Of a stretch of 36,421 bases of DNA, positions 8,182 to 16,829 are shown piece by piece; the stretch's first letter is position 1; the number at the start of each line of letters is the position of its first letter. A program made the position numbers and the translations under genes. Where the stretch lies: positions 1-36,421 of the forward strand of contig CAZRTW010000002.1 in the NCBI GenBank assembly GCA_964603145.1, in the 5' to 3' direction. This DNA is from an uncultured Candidatus Saccharibacteria bacterium (GTDB taxonomy: Bacteria; Patescibacteriota; Minisyncoccia; Phycocordibacterales; UBA9973). The notes beneath the pieces are model-generated. The model made no database searches, was not told the DNA's origin, and was given only the letters and a program-made list of their open reading frames with translations.

Positions 8182-8829
8182 TTATTGCACCCCTTCCAGC
8201 TTAATAGCCGGCTGGATATCTCCCGGGTTAAATGTCTTATAGAAAAGTTCAATCACTTCTTCTGTTTGGAGACGCTCACAGCGAGCGCCACAGCTTGCAA
8301 GCCCACCTGAAATAACTGATACACGTTCATCAAGCTGAGTACGGCGTTCTTCGAAATTTGCATCATCGACTTTTTTCTTATTTTTCTCCCCTCCTCCGCC
8401 AAAAATCTTTGAGAAAAATCCCTGCTTTGAATTAAGCGCTGCCTCTTCGTAGGGAATAACAACATAGAAATACTTTCGCATAATGGAAACCTGTTCAGTA
8501 AATTCACGTACGAAGTTAATGTATCCAAGAGTCTGGAGTTTTAGGAGGGGTTCGCGCTGTTCAGCTACTTTGCTCTCAAGCATGATGAGGTATGGACGAA
8601 TATCAAGGCGTCGAGATTGTACAACAATCTGCACCGGAAAATCGAGAGAGTTTAAAAAGCCTTGGAATTGGCGGATAACGGCGATTTGTTCCTCGGCAGA
8701 TTTGAGGGCAAGGTTTACGGAAGAAACGGCCAAAATAGCGCGAAGTGCGCCGTCTTTGAGCACCACAGTTCCCTCTCGTACTTCTTTGATTGGTACGAAT
8801 TCTTGAGTAGCGGTTGCAGAAATTGCCAC
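8182..8829 (-). CDS. VirB4 N-terminal-domain-like protein encoded as a separate ORF
   Basis: GTG start. 'FVPIKEVREGTVVLKDGALRAILAVSSVNLALKSAEEQ...' resembles the N-terminal ~200 aa of full-length Gram-positive VirB4 proteins. The stop is 5 nt before the virB4 ATG, in another frame. 215 + 614 aa is about the length of an unsplit VirB4. Confidence 0.6.
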   Translation of the reverse strand: MAISATATQEFVPIKEVREGTVVLKDGALRAILAVSSVNLALKSAEEQIAVIRQFQGFLNSLDFPVQIVVQSRRLDIRPYLIMLESKVAEQREPLLKLQTLGYINFVREFTEQVSIMRKYFYVVIPYEEAALNSKQGFFSKIFGGGGEKNKKKVDDANFEERRTQLDERVSVISGGLASCGARCERLQTEEVIELFYKTFNPGDIQPAIKLEGVQ

Positions 8830-8835
8830 GATCTT

Positions 8836-8844
8836 ATTATACCA
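8836..8844 (-). promoter_or_regulatory. Extended -10 box TGGTATAAT, 6 nt upstream of GTG 8829
   Basis: Perfect TATAAT with a TGn extension. It lies downstream of terminator 8861-8896. Confidence 0.5.
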
Positions 8845-8860
8845 TCAGCCTCTCTAAATA

Positions 8861-8896
8861 AAGAATAAAACCCCATAACTATGGGGTTTTATTCTT
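8861..8896 (-). terminator. Hairpin terminator after the PrgI-like gene
   Basis: 15-bp stem (aagaataaaacccca / tggggttttattctt) with a 6-nt loop. It overlaps the stop codon at 8895-8897. Confidence 0.75.
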
Positions 8897-9311
8897 AGCG
8901 TCGGTTTGTTTTATCAAGTACGTCGAGGCCCCAAGCAATATCATGAAGTTTTGATTCAGTAATACGTGGGATAAAAACAGGATTTTTTGCTTTTTCTTCG
9001 GCGTCTTTCTCCTCTTTTGATTTTCGCTTCTTTTTTTCTTGCTTCCAGACATAGAGTTTATCGCTAAATGCATACGTAAACGCAGATTCAACGATATTTA
9101 TGAATGGTTTGTCGTTCACTTTGATAAAGGCGAGAGTGAAGGCGAATACGGCAACTGGTATAGCAACAATAATCCCAAAGAAGAGCGGTAGAAGTTTCAG
9201 TGCAAGGAAACAAAGACCCCCTCCTCCAGCGAGATACACGAATTGGCGGAATGTTAGTTGCCCAAAAATCTTATCTTCGACATCAATAAATTGTGGCACT
9301 GAGAATCTCAT
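8895..9311 (-). CDS. PrgI/VirB3-like small membrane protein
   Basis: 'MRFSVPQFIDVEDKIFGQLTFRQFVYL' followed by two TM helices, which is the pattern of PrgI/TcpE-type VirB3 analogues. It has its own promoter-like box and terminator. Confidence 0.65.
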   Translation of the reverse strand: MRFSVPQFIDVEDKIFGQLTFRQFVYLAGGGGLCFLALKLLPLFFGIIVAIPVAVFAFTLAFIKVNDKPFINIVESAFTYAFSDKLYVWKQEKKKRKSKEEKDAEEKAKNPVFIPRITESKLHDIAWGLDVLDKTNRR

Positions 9312-9317
9312 GGATAC

Positions 9318-9326
9318 AGTATAACA
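9318..9326 (-). promoter_or_regulatory. Extended -10 box TGTTATACT, 6 nt upstream of ATG 9311
   Basis: It directly follows the T-run of terminator 9326-9355. Confidence 0.5.
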
Positions 9327-9355
9327 AAAAGTCGGCGCGTATGCGCCGACTTTTT
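9326..9355 (-). terminator. Intrinsic terminator after CDS 9354-10229
   Basis: GC stem gtcggcgc/gcgccgac with a 4-nt loop, flanked by A5/T5. It abuts the stop codon. Confidence 0.85.
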
Positions 9356-10229
9356 ATGCTATAGGTTCTCGATATGGGTCTACCGACGGTTTTGTGGGTG
9401 GAGTAGCCGGAGTTGGTGGTGTTGCCGGTTTTGCGATCGTGTAGTCAGTTGTTTTTGTTGGCGCCATAATAGGAGTGGTCGCTTTTAGTTTATCTGCCAC
9501 AAGATTTGTCGGAGCAATTTTAGTTGGATTTTCAATTCCCTGCAAAATGTCAGTACGGCTTCCAAGTGGTGCATCTTTTACAGGAAGAGGAGTCTCGCTG
9601 ATAACTACTCCAGTCTTTTCAAGCATGCTTTTCTCTTGGGTGGAGAGTACGGGTGCTGGTTTTGGAGCGACTGGCGCCGGTGGAACTGGTGTGGGAGTAG
9701 TAACTGAAGGTGTAACAGGTTTTGGAGCAATGCCGGCAATGTTTGGAGTGGTTGGAGCAGAAGCGACAGGTTCAGTTTCTTCTCTGTCAGGCAAAAAGTC
9801 TGCTGGGTCGCGCTTGGCAGAATAGACTCTCTCAAGTGAGGCACGGATTGGAGTAAAAATTCTCTCATTGATCATAGGAATAAGCGCGTCCATCTCGGCA
9901 TCAGTTTTCTTGAGGTCCTTTTGAATTTCATCACGGTACTCGTTTGGCGGTGTCATGCCAAGAATTACCATAGAGGTATCAATCTCAAGTGTTGAAAGTT
10001 CTTCGAAGGTGAGTTTATTAGCTTTCGCTATTTCAAAAAGCGATTTCTGATAGGTATCGCTCACCATAAGTTTTTTGAGGTCATCAGGAAGAAGCTCAAA
10101 ACGAGTTTTGATTTCCTTCTGAACACCAAGGTACTCATCCATCAAGTACTTTTCAGTATCCCCGGTAGCCCCTTCCCCGACAGCTCCCTTTAAGGAGGTT
10201 ACATTTATTTTTTTTGCGTCGTCTGCCAT
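9354..10229 (-). CDS. Pro/Thr-rich hypothetical protein without signal peptide or TM segment
   Basis: 291-aa ORF. A helical N-half is followed by low-complexity 'PKPVTPSVTTPTPVPPAPVAPKPAP' and 'KPATPPTPATPPTKP'. TGATATAAT lies 9 nt upstream, and terminator 9326-9355 abuts the stop. Confidence 0.65.
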   Translation of the reverse strand: MADDAKKINVTSLKGAVGEGATGDTEKYLMDEYLGVQKEIKTRFELLPDDLKKLMVSDTYQKSLFEIAKANKLTFEELSTLEIDTSMVILGMTPPNEYRDEIQKDLKKTDAEMDALIPMINERIFTPIRASLERVYSAKRDPADFLPDREETEPVASAPTTPNIAGIAPKPVTPSVTTPTPVPPAPVAPKPAPVLSTQEKSMLEKTGVVISETPLPVKDAPLGSRTDILQGIENPTKIAPTNLVADKLKATTPIMAPTKTTDYTIAKPATPPTPATPPTKPSVDPYREPIA

Positions 10230-10238
10230 ATCTTTTTT

Positions 10239-10247
10239 ATTATATCA
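10239..10247 (-). promoter_or_regulatory. Extended -10 box TGATATAAT, 9 nt upstream of ATG 10229
   Basis: Perfect TATAAT with a TGn extension in the 43-nt gap after CDS 10273-13068. Confidence 0.5.
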
Positions 10248-10272
10248 TTACTATCTCAAAGCCAATCATTTG

Positions 10273-13068
10273 TTAGTGCCCATGCCCGTCCCCTCCCGCA
10301 TGTCCATGATCATCATGCCCGTGGTCGTCGTGTCCATGATCAGAGCCACTTGCCTTTATTCCCGATGCATCAACCTTGATAACAGGGTTGAGTGGGGCTC
10401 CTTGTTTTCCTCGGTGGTCGTCAGCACCGGCGTTTGCTGCGGCTGCATCAATGTTACGCGGGGTCCAACTGTTGATCATGTCCTTAGTATTTGCAGAACT
10501 TTGTCTGACAATATCAGTTACACCATATTTGAAGATATTTCCAAAGTTTTCAATTGCGGAAATTATGCCTTTGTAATTCTTAAATTCTTCAAGATTTAGT
10601 TTAAAGGAGCCCATAACATCCTTGGTTTTTTCTTTGCGTTCACCAAGATCGAGGTGTCCGGTACGAATTATACTTCCGGAAGAATCAAGAAGGTCTCCAT
10701 GGAGTGCGTAATTTTGCTGTGCGAGCTGCATATGAGTGAGTGATTTAGCACGATCGTTCTCATTTCGTTTCTGCATGCTCTGAAGCTGAGCAATAGTTTT
10801 TCCATGTGATCCAGTAAGATCGGCGCGAGAGACATCGTGATCAGTAACAAGTTCGTCGTCAGCCTTCTTAGCTTTATGTTCAACGTGTTCTTTAAAGTAG
10901 CTTGCCGTTGTCCTGCCCATGTCGATATCCTGTTTATCAATGGTGTGCATGACCGTTTTACCATCTTTATCTCTAATAGCTTGCCCGTCTCGGCCAAGTA
11001 CTGCGATTTGTTTACCAAGAGCAAGCTCCGGATGATCTTTATCTCCGAGCTTAATTTTTGAGACTCCTTCTGTAACATTCAATAATGCCTTTTCAAGCGC
11101 TTCTTTTTCCTTGTTTGCTGCATACCATTCACCAGACTTAGTATCCATACTATTCTTTTTATCTGCCTGTGAAAGAGTAGAGCTAAGATTTTTTACCTTA
11201 TCTCGAGCCGCTCTAAGTTCAATATTGATATCCTTTTTGGCTGTATCTCGTTCATCAAGCGTATCATCATAGCCATTTTGCTGGTCATGGTTATGGCCAA
11301 GCTTTTTCTTCATTGCATCGAGTTTTGCGGCTTTAGCATTCATTTCACCTTCAAATCCTCCGGCCGCACGCTGCATTGAAAGGGCACCAAAACTGCCCAT
11401 GTTCATACCAGTAAATTGGCGGGTTGTTGCTCCCATGCCTGTTTGACGCCAGTCGTATGAACGAGCCGCACGTTTTTGCGCGCTCTCGACTTTTTTAAAC
11501 ATATCTTTCTGCATGGTCTGAAAGCGGGAGTCTTTTTTCATTTCTGCTTCAGACATTCCTTCCATATCTGTAGCTGAGAGTTTAAATTTTTTCGCGAACA
11601 TTTCTTTGGTTGCATTTGTTACACGGCCAGATGCCATGTCGAGGTTTGCTTCATTCTTAGCAAAGTTCATTGCGCGACCTCCAAGGATTCGTCGGCCCGC
11701 AAGGGAAGCGACACCAGAAACCCCGCCAAGTGCAAGCCCCCCAGCAAGTCCAATTCCTTTTTGTGCAAGGTTTGCTACTACTTGTCCGAATTCTCCCGCA
11801 GAAGATTTTACGTACTTCGTCGCTTTGAGGATCATCACAACCAGCATCGCAAAGAAGATGAGCATGATGAACAATGTTGCGTATGAACTATGTGTTGCTG
11901 CGAAGGAGTCTCTTACCATCTGACTCTTTGCCATGATGGAAATAAGAAGCAGGAAGAAGAAATAAATCGGAGCGCCAAAGGCAACGGCAAGAAGATCCGC
12001 CCACCAATGATCCCAGCCAACACCATGAATGTGTTTTGTTTTTGGAATGATGTAACTCACAAAGGCGATTGGTGCGAAGACAATGGCAATCCAGAGACTA
12101 ACCATGCGTCCGAGGCAGGCCATGGCGGCAATAAAGAGTGACCAAGCCATGACGAAGTAGACGATTCCCACAAGAATGAGGAGCCCCATAACCGTGGAAG
12201 GAGGGATATCACCGATTATTCCGTTTGGTGAGAGTCCCTGCCAGAATTTCTTACTTTGGAATTTTTGCGGTTCGAATGCTTGGACCAATTGCGTACTGAT
12301 AGATTTTGGCGGAGTCGCTCCGTTTCCATATACACCACCTACTGATCCGGCATTTTTTTCTCCGTCTACTACGACAACCGATGAGGCCCCGATTTGATTA
12401 TAGAAAACTAAGGCCAGCGTATTTGATATATCAATCACCACCTCGGTGATGAACATGCTGAAGTTTATGATAAGGGCGATCAGAACAATCGATGCCAGCA
12501 TCTTTTTGGGGTTCGCGTGGGCAATTTCAATATCGAGCACGAAGGAGAGTGCTGTAAAGAGGAGAATCAAAATAAGAAAAATATTGGCGAAGTCGCGTGT
12601 TATACGCCAGCCTTCTGCAATAAATTCCGCCCCGCTATAGTAGGTGCTCTGCAGCGTAATAGCAGCGAGTGTGTCAAAGAACGAGGCAGAGAGATACATG
12701 AATTTCGCACCAATCAGGTATGGGAAGAAGTAGAAGAGATATTCAAGACAGCCGATGAGCGTACCGCTAAAGAGGAGGCCACATTGGTCCTCGATTGCCT
12801 GCTCAATACTATATTTATCACTTGTATTTTTTGCCTTAGTCGCCTCTTCTTCAGCTTGTGATACTGCAATCGATGAAAGTATTTGGACGGAAGGGTAAAT
12901 CAACTGCGCCGTTGCTCTTTTAGGGGCAAGCATGGGAGAAAAAACTCCCAGTAAAACTGAAGTTAAAAGTATCGGAATAACAATACGCTTCATAATGCGT
13001 ATGCGTCCTCCTATTTTATTTTTTCTTCGGCTAAAGATTTGCATTCTGTCCTGGTTTGCACCGCACAT
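10273..13068 (-). CDS. Polytopic membrane protein, VirB6/TrbL-like (TcpH/ConG-type) with a long hydrophilic C-terminal domain and His-rich tail
   Basis: Signal-like N-terminus and multiple TM helices across aa ~100-460. A ~470-aa charged, coiled-coil-like tail ends in 'GSDHGHDDHGHDDHGHAGGDGHGH'. The start is ambiguous: ATG 13068 has TATACT 10 nt upstream, and ATG 12993 (MKRIVIPILL...) has AGGAGG 13 nt upstream. Confidence 0.7.
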   Translation of the reverse strand: MCGANQDRMQIFSRRKNKIGGRIRIMKRIVIPILLTSVLLGVFSPMLAPKRATAQLIYPSVQILSSIAVSQAEEEATKAKNTSDKYSIEQAIEDQCGLLFSGTLIGCLEYLFYFFPYLIGAKFMYLSASFFDTLAAITLQSTYYSGAEFIAEGWRITRDFANIFLILILLFTALSFVLDIEIAHANPKKMLASIVLIALIINFSMFITEVVIDISNTLALVFYNQIGASSVVVVDGEKNAGSVGGVYGNGATPPKSISTQLVQAFEPQKFQSKKFWQGLSPNGIIGDIPPSTVMGLLILVGIVYFVMAWSLFIAAMACLGRMVSLWIAIVFAPIAFVSYIIPKTKHIHGVGWDHWWADLLAVAFGAPIYFFFLLLISIMAKSQMVRDSFAATHSSYATLFIMLIFFAMLVVMILKATKYVKSSAGEFGQVVANLAQKGIGLAGGLALGGVSGVASLAGRRILGGRAMNFAKNEANLDMASGRVTNATKEMFAKKFKLSATDMEGMSEAEMKKDSRFQTMQKDMFKKVESAQKRAARSYDWRQTGMGATTRQFTGMNMGSFGALSMQRAAGGFEGEMNAKAAKLDAMKKKLGHNHDQQNGYDDTLDERDTAKKDINIELRAARDKVKNLSSTLSQADKKNSMDTKSGEWYAANKEKEALEKALLNVTEGVSKIKLGDKDHPELALGKQIAVLGRDGQAIRDKDGKTVMHTIDKQDIDMGRTTASYFKEHVEHKAKKADDELVTDHDVSRADLTGSHGKTIAQLQSMQKRNENDRAKSLTHMQLAQQNYALHGDLLDSSGSIIRTGHLDLGERKEKTKDVMGSFKLNLEEFKNYKGIISAIENFGNIFKYGVTDIVRQSSANTKDMINSWTPRNIDAAAANAGADDHRGKQGAPLNPVIKVDASGIKASGSDHGHDDHGHDDHGHAGGDGHGH

Positions 13069-13076
13069 AACTCTTA

Positions 13077-15845
13077 CTAGTATATATTGATAATCGCCTC
13101 AAGTCCGGCAAGAGCGTATTTCAACGGTTGGTCATTAATCGTTACAACATCATCATTCTTAACGACATTCTTCTCGGTTTGTTTCCCAAACTTTGCCTCG
13201 AAGTGAGGAACTTGGTCAGCCCCCTGCCCCATCGCATAGTGTACGTCAGGGAGCATTGAGTATCCGACATCGGTAAAGGTATCTTCAAATGCAATAAATT
13301 CTGCACGGCCATCATATGCCCCGTATCCCGCAGATGGCGCCATTACTGGGATTTCTTCCAATATTGTTCTTGGGTAAAACATGCGTGCCTTTGGAGCACT
13401 GTATGCCGCGCCGTTTGTGTCAGTTACACATGTTTCAATGTATCCACCCTTGCCTTCGTAGTCAGAGAGTTCATTTTTAAGTGCTACAAGTGCGTCTTCC
13501 TGCTTGTTAACATCGTCAAGGCTGTGAATTTTTGGAGCGATAAGATCAAAGGTACTGCTGATGCGACGAAGCTCAACTTGGTATGGAGTCAAAATCGCAA
13601 TACTTTTTCCTTGTGTTTCAAGGAAGTCTTGCTGATACCAATACCACTTATCGTGAGGAATAACTGGCGCTGTTGGAGTTGGTGGCGTAATTACAGTACC
13701 CGTTCCTGTGGTAAGGGTGGCTATACCAAGCTGTTGCGGAGCGATTGTTGTGTTAGTGAAGAGCGTTGTGGTCGTTGTTTGTGTGTGGTCAATATATCCT
13801 GCAAATGTCGGGAGTTTGTTGATGCGGGCAACAAGGCTATTTAGTTGCTCGACAGTTGCCTTACTGCTTGTGATCAAAATCTTGTTGTCGTGAAGCGCTT
13901 TTTTGTAAGCACTAACATTTCGGAATTTAGTCTCATTGATTGTGTATTCAAGCGGTAGATTTAATGTGATGTCCGGATTATATTCAGGCAAATATGTCTG
14001 ATCAACAATATCAGCGTAACGATTAAAGAGAGTGTTGAAAATATTTACGATAGAGTTGTGCCCGTTTACTTTGAGGTTGTCCTCGACAGTAACATGTGTT
14101 GTCGGCGGAGGATTCTGTTGCTTATTCGGGAAGTAGTAATCATCACTTGGCTGCGCTGGCGTGTAGCTCAAGAAATGTGAAACAACACCAGCAAAGAATT
14201 TCTCATTGCGCTTATCGCTCGTTGCGTTTTTTAGGTTTAGGAAGTTTATTGGATCGAGAATTTTATTCACAATGAGTGATCCCTGGCTGATTGCCGCGTC
14301 AGCATTCGCAGGAATATTATCCGAACTTGAGGTGAATTCTCTCAAGTTTTCTACCGCATCTTGTCTCCACCCTGGATGTGGTCCTGGTACACAGAAGTCG
14401 AGTTTGTATACGGCTGTAATAAGGCGTGCTGCTTGCTGATTTTGTTCTTCCAGCGCTTGCTGGTACCCCCGTGGCTTCGGGTCAAGAGCATTTTTGGGAG
14501 TGTAATCCTCATTTGGAATGATAAGCGGGATATCCTTGAAGACATTGAATGTTCTGTTTGAATTGAGCCATGAACCATTTGTATTAGGGTCTACTCCCCC
14601 AACAACATCGATTGAAGGATTTACGAATGAGCCATTGTTCGTGTATTGCGATGGGGCAGAACTTGCATCTGTTGTTGCAAGTGCCGCGAGACCTCGTTGC
14701 ATAAGTTGGTTGGTGAGTGCATTGAAAATTGCTGTGAGATCTGCGGTAAGATCCTGGCCAAGACCAAGCTGATCGATTGGAGAACCAAGAACTTTGTTAA
14801 GACTTGCTGCGACCACGCTTCCTGGAGTTTGTGTCGCGTACTGTGTACAGGTGTTATTGAAGACAACTTCGCGAAGACGCGCAGCTTCTTTTTCGCTTGA
14901 TGGATCATCCGGCAACGCGCGCATTTTCGCCCGTGCCTCTGCTGCAGTTTTGTCGGAGCTGTCATTATAGGTACTTGGTGCTACACAAATTTTTGTATCA
15001 AGAAATCCGGCGTTACGCATAAGTTGATCGCGGATGTCATACGCAGGATTGTAGTAGGTTCCCTGCTTTCGTGCAGCTATTTCATTCTGTGCTCCCATCT
15101 GGAAGCCGATCGGATTGTTTCCTGTTTGGAATTGATGATCAAAAGCTACCCAACCCCCTTCAAGAAAACTACGCTCGAAATCTGCTACTGTTGGTGGGCG
15201 GGAGTATGTGTTGTACTGCTGAGCAAGTACGCGATCAAGACTGTACTGTGCTCGCTGTTCGAATGTACGGCTCATGTTGCTTACAATTCCTTGCGCGACA
15301 TTGCGACCGAACGGGTAATTTTTTGCATCAAAGGCAATATTGCCGACAAATTTTTCTGTCGCTTGATCACCAATTGCTTTTAGGAAAGATTTTTCATCCT
15401 TTGGGAAAAATGAACTACCGCCTTTAAATCCGCGGTTGATCCAGTTTACTGTGGCAACTGTGAGTTGGCGTAAAATAACTTGAGCTGCAGCTTTTTCAAC
15501 TGCCTTAGTACAAGTGATATCGTTTGCTGTTGTCGCAGAAGCATTCGCAATTTTTTCAGCTGTTTCTGAATCTTGCACGACGTTGATCGGGATTGAGTTT
15601 GATCCTGATGCCCCTGTCCCCATTGTGCTTCCGCTACTACTGTTACCGCCAAAGATGCCGCTGATTCCTGAACTAATTTGATCTTTATGGCAGGAAATTT
15701 CTGCTGCTGCAATTGCACCAATAGTATCTACAGCAATTGTGGAGAGTGATGTTGCGTATGCCATCGTCACGCTTTGAAACGTGATGACAAGCACGAGAAA
15801 AACCGCAAAAAAACGTTTTAGCGCGCCATATGCAGTCTGTTTCAT
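13077..15845 (-). CDS. Large (922 aa) secreted or N-terminally anchored protein, no recognisable domain
   Basis: N-terminal hydrophobic segment 'FFAVFLVLVITFQSVTMAYA'. Thr/Pro-rich linker 'TTTTTLFTNTTIAPQQLGIATLTTGTGTVITPPTPTAP'. TATACT lies 8 nt upstream of the ATG. Confidence 0.75.
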   Translation of the reverse strand: MKQTAYGALKRFFAVFLVLVITFQSVTMAYATSLSTIAVDTIGAIAAAEISCHKDQISSGISGIFGGNSSSGSTMGTGASGSNSIPINVVQDSETAEKIANASATTANDITCTKAVEKAAAQVILRQLTVATVNWINRGFKGGSSFFPKDEKSFLKAIGDQATEKFVGNIAFDAKNYPFGRNVAQGIVSNMSRTFEQRAQYSLDRVLAQQYNTYSRPPTVADFERSFLEGGWVAFDHQFQTGNNPIGFQMGAQNEIAARKQGTYYNPAYDIRDQLMRNAGFLDTKICVAPSTYNDSSDKTAAEARAKMRALPDDPSSEKEAARLREVVFNNTCTQYATQTPGSVVAASLNKVLGSPIDQLGLGQDLTADLTAIFNALTNQLMQRGLAALATTDASSAPSQYTNNGSFVNPSIDVVGGVDPNTNGSWLNSNRTFNVFKDIPLIIPNEDYTPKNALDPKPRGYQQALEEQNQQAARLITAVYKLDFCVPGPHPGWRQDAVENLREFTSSSDNIPANADAAISQGSLIVNKILDPINFLNLKNATSDKRNEKFFAGVVSHFLSYTPAQPSDDYYFPNKQQNPPPTTHVTVEDNLKVNGHNSIVNIFNTLFNRYADIVDQTYLPEYNPDITLNLPLEYTINETKFRNVSAYKKALHDNKILITSSKATVEQLNSLVARINKLPTFAGYIDHTQTTTTTLFTNTTIAPQQLGIATLTTGTGTVITPPTPTAPVIPHDKWYWYQQDFLETQGKSIAILTPYQVELRRISSTFDLIAPKIHSLDDVNKQEDALVALKNELSDYEGKGGYIETCVTDTNGAAYSAPKARMFYPRTILEEIPVMAPSAGYGAYDGRAEFIAFEDTFTDVGYSMLPDVHYAMGQGADQVPHFEAKFGKQTEKNVVKNDDVVTINDQPLKYALAGLEAIINIY
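13079..13084 (-). promoter_or_regulatory. -10-like TATACT, 10 nt upstream of ATG 13068
   Basis: It overlaps the last codons and stop of CDS 13077-15845. It has no TGn, and the start codon of the downstream gene is ambiguous. Confidence 0.3.
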
Positions 15846-15853
15846 CAGTCTAT

Positions 15854-15859
15854 AGTATA
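15854..15859 (-). promoter_or_regulatory. -10-like TATACT, 8 nt upstream of ATG 15845
   Basis: Read directly from the sequence. No SD motif is present. Confidence 0.4.
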
Positions 15860-15923
15860 CCGGTAGAATTCTTTTTAGGAAAGCAAAAGAAAGGAAAGGT
15901 AGGCCCTAAATTATAGGTTTTTC

Positions 15924-16829
15924 TTACTTCCCAAAAAAGTAAACGCGAATGACTGTTGATGCATCATTTGCGTCGGTACTTGCCTTCACAAAATCGTCGA
16001 GGCCAACCATGCCACCCAAGGCATCTTTGTAAATATTCTGTATTTGGGGCAAAGTGACAGCCATTTTTGCTTCCGCGTTAGCCAGTTTTACTACTTGGGG
16101 AAGGATATCGCTTGGTGTAGGGATAGTTGTGAGTCCTTCAGCAAGCGCTGCATGAGCATTTGCGATAGGGGTGAGCTTTTCCATAACCGTTTCTCCACCT
16201 TCTCCCATGCCGGTCGCGATAAGCATAAGCTCAGAACCTAAGGCGGGGTCGCTGTGCTCTTCAATGAGATCACGCATTGCCGAAGCATAGGTTTGTTTTC
16301 TAGAATATGACGGAGAAATAAGGGTAAAATTGGCTTCCGTGTAGATTTTTGAAGCCACATGCTTGGTGTCCACGTCGTCTCCGATGGCTGCGGCGAGGTT
16401 GGTTATAGCCTCTTCAGTAAGAGAGCCTGACTGCTGAAGGGCCAAAATAGTGCTAAAGAGGTCTCGGCTGAATTTGTCTGTTTCTGTGAGATTTTCATCA
16501 CCCTCGCTATTTACATCAATCCCGCCGTCGATCTTTTTCTGGACAATTATAGCTTTATTCGTTTCTCCGTCTCCGAGAGGATCAAGACCCCAAAGGGTTT
16601 CTTCCCAGTCAGCAATGCTATTTCCGTTGGAATCTTGGGTAACAAGGTCAGAAACGGTGCCATTTGAGGTAAAAAGAGCCTTTCGTTCGCGATTGAAGAT
16701 ATCGCGGGAGCCAGTAAATTTACTAAGAACAAGGACAATCACGAGCGCGAGAACAAGAATGCCAATAATAATGGCAAATTTCTTGCTTGGCAGGAACTTT
16801 TTAATTTTTTGAGTATTAGACGTTTCCAT
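15924..16829 (-). CDS. N-terminally anchored extracytoplasmic protein, function unknown
   Basis: TM 'FAIIIGILVLALVIVLVL'. Acidic 'DSNGNSIADWEETLWGLDPLGDGETN' is a Ca-binding-like motif. GGGGAG lies 9 nt upstream of the ATG. The gene overlaps the upstream gene by 14 nt (translational coupling). Confidence 0.7.
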   Translation of the reverse strand: METSNTQKIKKFLPSKKFAIIIGILVLALVIVLVLSKFTGSRDIFNRERKALFTSNGTVSDLVTQDSNGNSIADWEETLWGLDPLGDGETNKAIIVQKKIDGGIDVNSEGDENLTETDKFSRDLFSTILALQQSGSLTEEAITNLAAAIGDDVDTKHVASKIYTEANFTLISPSYSRKQTYASAMRDLIEEHSDPALGSELMLIATGMGEGGETVMEKLTPIANAHAALAEGLTTIPTPSDILPQVVKLANAEAKMAVTLPQIQNIYKDALGGMVGLDDFVKASTDANDASTVIRVYFFGK

